Assembly: GCA_963755285.1 (NCBI GenBank)
Contig: CAVWJB010000003.1
Location: 104,832 to 168,831 of the forward strand
Source of the DNA: an uncultured Chloroflexia bacterium
GTDB taxonomy: Bacteria; Chloroflexota; Limnocylindria; Limnocylindrales; CSP1-4
Direction: 5' to 3'
Length of the DNA stretch: 64,000 bases
A model generated the notes under the pieces. The model was not told the DNA's origin and made no database searches. It saw nothing but the letters and a program-made list of their open reading frames with translations. Shown here in pieces: positions 61,048-64,000 of the stretch; the stretch's first letter is position 1, and every line of letters begins with the position of its first letter. The translations under genes were made by a program, and so were the position numbers.

Positions 61048-63054
61048 TCAACCGCGGTCGGGCTCGCCCGGGAGCAGATCGACGGCGGCGTCGGTCGCGG
61101 GCTTCGCGGTCGGCGGCTTCGGACTGGACCGCGTTCGAGCCGTCCGGCGCGGGGCATCCGCCGGCGGAGCCTCGGGCGGCGACTGGCCGCCGGCCGAGGC
61201 GCGCGGACGACGAGCCCGCTTGGCGGGAGCCGCCGGTGTCGTCGCAGCCTCGTCCGGTCCGCCGGGCTCGCGCGGGACCACGGGCTTCCGGGGGCGACGG
61301 GTCTTCGGCGCGGGGACGGTCGCGCGACTCGGGAGCAGCCGCCGACTCGGGAGCCATCGTCGCGGTGTCGGGAGCCGCCGCCGCGCCGGAGTCAGCCGGC
61401 CGTCCGTCCTCGGCAGCCGGCGCCGAGCCGGCGGCGGCTCCACGCTGGGTCGACGCCTCGTAGAGCAGGATCGACCCGGCAACCGACGCGTTGAGCGACC
61501 CGACGGCACCCCGCATCGGGATCCGGACGAGCAGGTCGCAGCGGCGTCGGACGGCCGGGCCGAGACCCTGGCCCTCGCTGCCGACGACGAGCGCGAGCGG
61601 CCCGCGCAGGTCGGCCTCGCGAACCGAGAGCGGGGCATCGGCCTCCGCGCCGACCACCCGCAGCCCGCGCCCGTGGAGCTCGACCAGGGCGCCCGGCAGA
61701 TCGTCGACCGGCGCGAGCAGCAGATGCTCGACCGCCCCCGCCGAGGCCTTGACCGCCGATGGCGTGAGCGGGGCCTGGCGGTGGGTCGGGAAGACGACGC
61801 CGTGGATCGCGGCCGCCTCCGCGCTGCGCAGCAGGGTTCCGACGTTCTGGGGGTCCTCGAGCGAGTCGAGGACGAGCACGAACGGCGGCTGATCGCGCTC
61901 GACCGCCCGGGCCAGGATCTCGTCGACGTCGGCGTAGCGCCGGGGACCGACGACGAGCCCGATGCCCTGGTGGCCGTCGAAGCCGGCGATCGCCGTCAGC
62001 GTCCCGCCTTCGACCTCGACGATCGGGATGCGCAGGCTCGTGGCGTGGAGGACCAGCTTCTCGAGGGCCTGGCGACGTTGGGGCACGACGAGCAGGCGGC
62101 GCGCCTCGCGCCGGGCGACGAACGCCTCTTCGACGGGCCGCCGTCCGGCGACCAGCTCGTCGGCCGCGGGGTCGAACAGGTCGAGTCGTGGACCGACCGG
62201 CACGTAGGGGCGCGGCGCGGACTGCGGCCGGACGCCAGGCGGGCGGCCGGACCAGGCGCCGGGCGGTGCGCCGCCGGGACGGGGACCCGGCGGTCGCGGG
62301 CCTCCCGGTCGCGGGCCTCCAGGTCGCGGGCCAGCCGGACGCGGACCAGCCGGACGATCGCCGTATGGTCGGGGCCCGGTCGGTCGTGCCCCATACGGTC
62401 GGTAGCCGGGACGAGGTCCGGTCGGTCCGGGTGGCGGAGGTCGATCCGGCCCGTCGGGGAACGGCTCGGAGCGGGGCGGTCCGCCTGGAAACGGCTCCGA
62501 GCGGCGGGGTCCGCCCGGATACGGCACCGAGCGCCGCGGTCCGCCCGGGCGGGACCCATACCGTCGGTCGGGGGCGGGTCCAGGTCGAACCCACCACGAC
62601 CGCGCCGGTCGTCGGGACCCCCCGGCGGGCGTGGGCGCGATCGATACGAGGCAGGACCGGGACCTGACCCGCGGCTCGGACCGGGACCCCGCCGGGGACC
62701 CTCGAAGCGGCGCGGACCAGGGCCACCGCGCGACGGCGGTGGGCCCGCCCGCCAGTCGTCGCGCGCTCCCGGTCCACCTGGGCCGTCCGGGATCGCCTGG
62801 CCGCGATCGGGCGGCGGCCCATCGACCCCGCGCAGGCCGAACGCCTGGCGCGGGCCCTTGGAGCCGGGTCGCCCTCCCGCTCCGGACGGGTGTGAACCGC
62901 CGCCCCGTGGACCACCACCCGCGCCACCCGACCCATGCTGGCCAGCGTCGCGGGCCGGCCGTCCACCAGGACGACCTGCCGGCCGGCCGCCACCACGGGC
63001 ACCCGCCCGGTCCGGCTTCGGTCGATCGGGCTTGGGCCGTCGGGAATCAGCCAT
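61048..63054 (-). CDS. rlmB: 23S rRNA (guanosine-2'-O)-methyltransferase RlmB/SpoU-TrmH family with long Gly/Pro/Arg-rich N-terminal and basic C-terminal extensions; two compensating frame breaks
   Basis: The catalytic core is ...LVAGRRPVEEAF...LVLDSLEDPQNVGTLLRSAEAAAIHGVV...LVVGSEGQGL...IPMRGAVGSLNASVAG (frame of track ORF 60833..62527). ATG at 63054 (MADSRRPKPDRPKPDRAG...) and the tail ...TVPAPKTRRPRKP...LLPGEPDRG* (stop at 61048) are both in the other frame. Breaks are about 62540-62550 and 61312-61335. The track ORF's continuation through the tRNA genes is not real. Confidence 0.75.
62461..62550 (-). repeat. Three tandem 30-nt coding repeats inside the rlmB N-terminal extension
   Basis: Units 62461-62490, 62491-62520 and 62521-62550 follow acggcNcNgagcgNNgNggtccgccNggNN. 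They encode PGGPRRSVPY / PGGPRRSEPF / PGGPPRSEPF. Confidence 0.85.
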
Positions 63055-64000
63055 CGGACACCGCTTCGGCCCGTCGCCAGCGCTGGCCGTCACGCGAGTC
63101 CTCGACCGCGATCCCGGCCGCCGCCAGCTCGTCGCGGAGCCGATCGGACGCCGACCAATCGTGCGCGGCACGAGCCGCGGCGCGGGCTTCGAGCAGCGCC
63201 TCGAGCGCGGGCTCGAGCCCGCTCGGCGCGGCATCCGGACCGATCCCGAGCACGTCGTCGAGCTCGCCCAGGGCGGCCGACGCCGAGGCCGCGTCGGCGG
63301 TCGACAGGGAGCGGGCGTCGATCCGCCGGTTCAGCTCGCGGACCAGGTCGAACAACGCCGCCAGCGCGGCCGACACGTTGAGGTCGTCGTCGAGCGCCGC
63401 GCCGAACGAGGCGCGGGCGGCCTCGAGGACGGCCGGCAGGTTCGGATCGTCGGGCCGGTCCTCGTGGTAGGTCGACAGGGCGAGCAGGGCAGCGTCCAGG
63501 CGCTCGATCGCGGCGCTCGCCGCCGCCAGCGACTCGTCGGAGTAGCTCAGGCCGGACCGATAGTGGACCGCGATGAGGAAGTAGCGCAGCGCTCGCGCGG
63601 ACACGCCGCGCTCGAGCACCTCGTCGACCCGGGCGATGTTGCCTTCCGACCGGGCCATCTTCGCGCCGGCCATCTGGAGGTGGGCGCAGTGCAGCCAGGT
63701 CTGGACGAACGGCTTGCCGGTCGCCGCCTCGCTCTGGGCGATCTCGTCCTCGTGGTGGGGAAAGATCAGGTCGACGCCACCGGTGTGGATGTCGAAGCTC
63801 TGGCCGAGGTGCTTCATGCTCATCGCCGAGCATTCGATGTGCCAGCCCGGCCGTCCCTCGCCGACGCTCGTGGCCCAGAACGGCTCGGCCGGCTTGCGAC
63901 CCTTCCAGATCGCGAAGTCCCGGACGTCGTCCTTGCCGTATTCGTCGGCCTCGACCCGCTCGCCGACCCGGAGCTGGTCCGGGTCGAGCCGGGCGAGGCG
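63047..64000 (-). CDS. cysS: Cysteine--tRNA ligase, C-terminal part; the 5' end lies beyond the window end
   Basis: The frame is open to 64000: ...FAIWKGRKPAEPFWATSVGEGRPGWHIECSAMSMKHLGQSFDIHTGGVDLIFPHHEDEIAQSEA...AGAKMARSEGN. The last segment is a KMSKS-like motif. Confidence 0.92.
   Translation of the reverse strand, partial: RLARLDPDQLRVGERVEADEYGKDDVRDFAIWKGRKPAEPFWATSVGEGRPGWHIECSAMSMKHLGQSFDIHTGGVDLIFPHHEDEIAQSEAATGKPFVQTWLHCAHLQMAGAKMARSEGNIARVDEVLERGVSARALRYFLIAVHYRSGLSYSDESLAAASAAIERLDAALLALSTYHEDRPDDPNLPAVLEAARASFGAALDDDLNVSAALAALFDLVRELNRRIDARSLSTADAASASAALGELDDVLGIGPDAAPSGLEPALEALLEARAAARAAHDWSASDRLRDELAAAGIAVEDSRDGQRWRRAEAVSDG

Noticed and set aside
60833-62527. 564-aa ORF running through the tRNA-Thr(UGU) gene
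   Set aside because: Coding sequence cannot extend through the tRNA gene. The RlmB C-terminus switches frame and stops at 61048.
62461-62550. 30-nt tandem repeats as a possible CRISPR or minisatellite
   Set aside because: There are no spacers. The units are contiguous, in frame, and encode a decapeptide repeat within rlmB.

Overview
Very GC-rich bacterial chromosome segment; third codon positions are almost always G/C. About 80 of 82 genes are on the minus strand. This is core housekeeping DNA, not an accessory island.

Gene order, reading right to left on the minus strand:
- cysS (partial), rlmB
- tRNA-Thr(UGU), tRNA-Tyr, tRNA-Thr(GGU), tuf, rpmG, tRNA-Trp, secE, nusG, rplK-rplA-rplJ-rplL
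- one plus-strand LLM oxidoreductase
- rpoB, rpoC
- rpsL, rpsG, fusA, tuf
- complete S10/spc/alpha ribosomal protein operons (rpsJ to rplQ, including secY-adk-map-infA-rpmJ)
- truA, rplM, rpsI
- argF and a TPR protein
- cdaA, cdaR, glmM, glmS
- acpS, nnrD, alr, a macro-domain protein
- three uncharacterised genes, including a GlmL/MutL-like ATPase
- tsaE, tsaB, rimI, tsaD, rsmA, ispE, ridA
- glmU and a CNNM/CorC protein
- a plus-strand polyprenyl synthase
- recO (partial)

I found no CRISPR, transposase, integrase, phage gene or rRNA, and no convincing novel multi-gene system.

Observations worth a second look:
1. At least 14 single-base reading-frame breaks in 9 otherwise normal, mostly essential genes. 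Nearly all fit one extra G in a G-run on the coding strand, so they are most likely assembly indels.
2. A roughly 75-nt repeat family in four operon-internal spacers, present in both orientations.
3. A 170-nt inverted-repeat-bounded candidate ncRNA in a convergent spacer.
4. An orphan GlmL-like ATPase gene trio.
5. Two tuf copies identical over 1209 bp.
6. Long low-complexity extensions on L15 and RlmB.

Many long ORFs in the supplied track are chimeric read-throughs or antisense shadows typical of high GC. The track counts GTG and TTG as starts.
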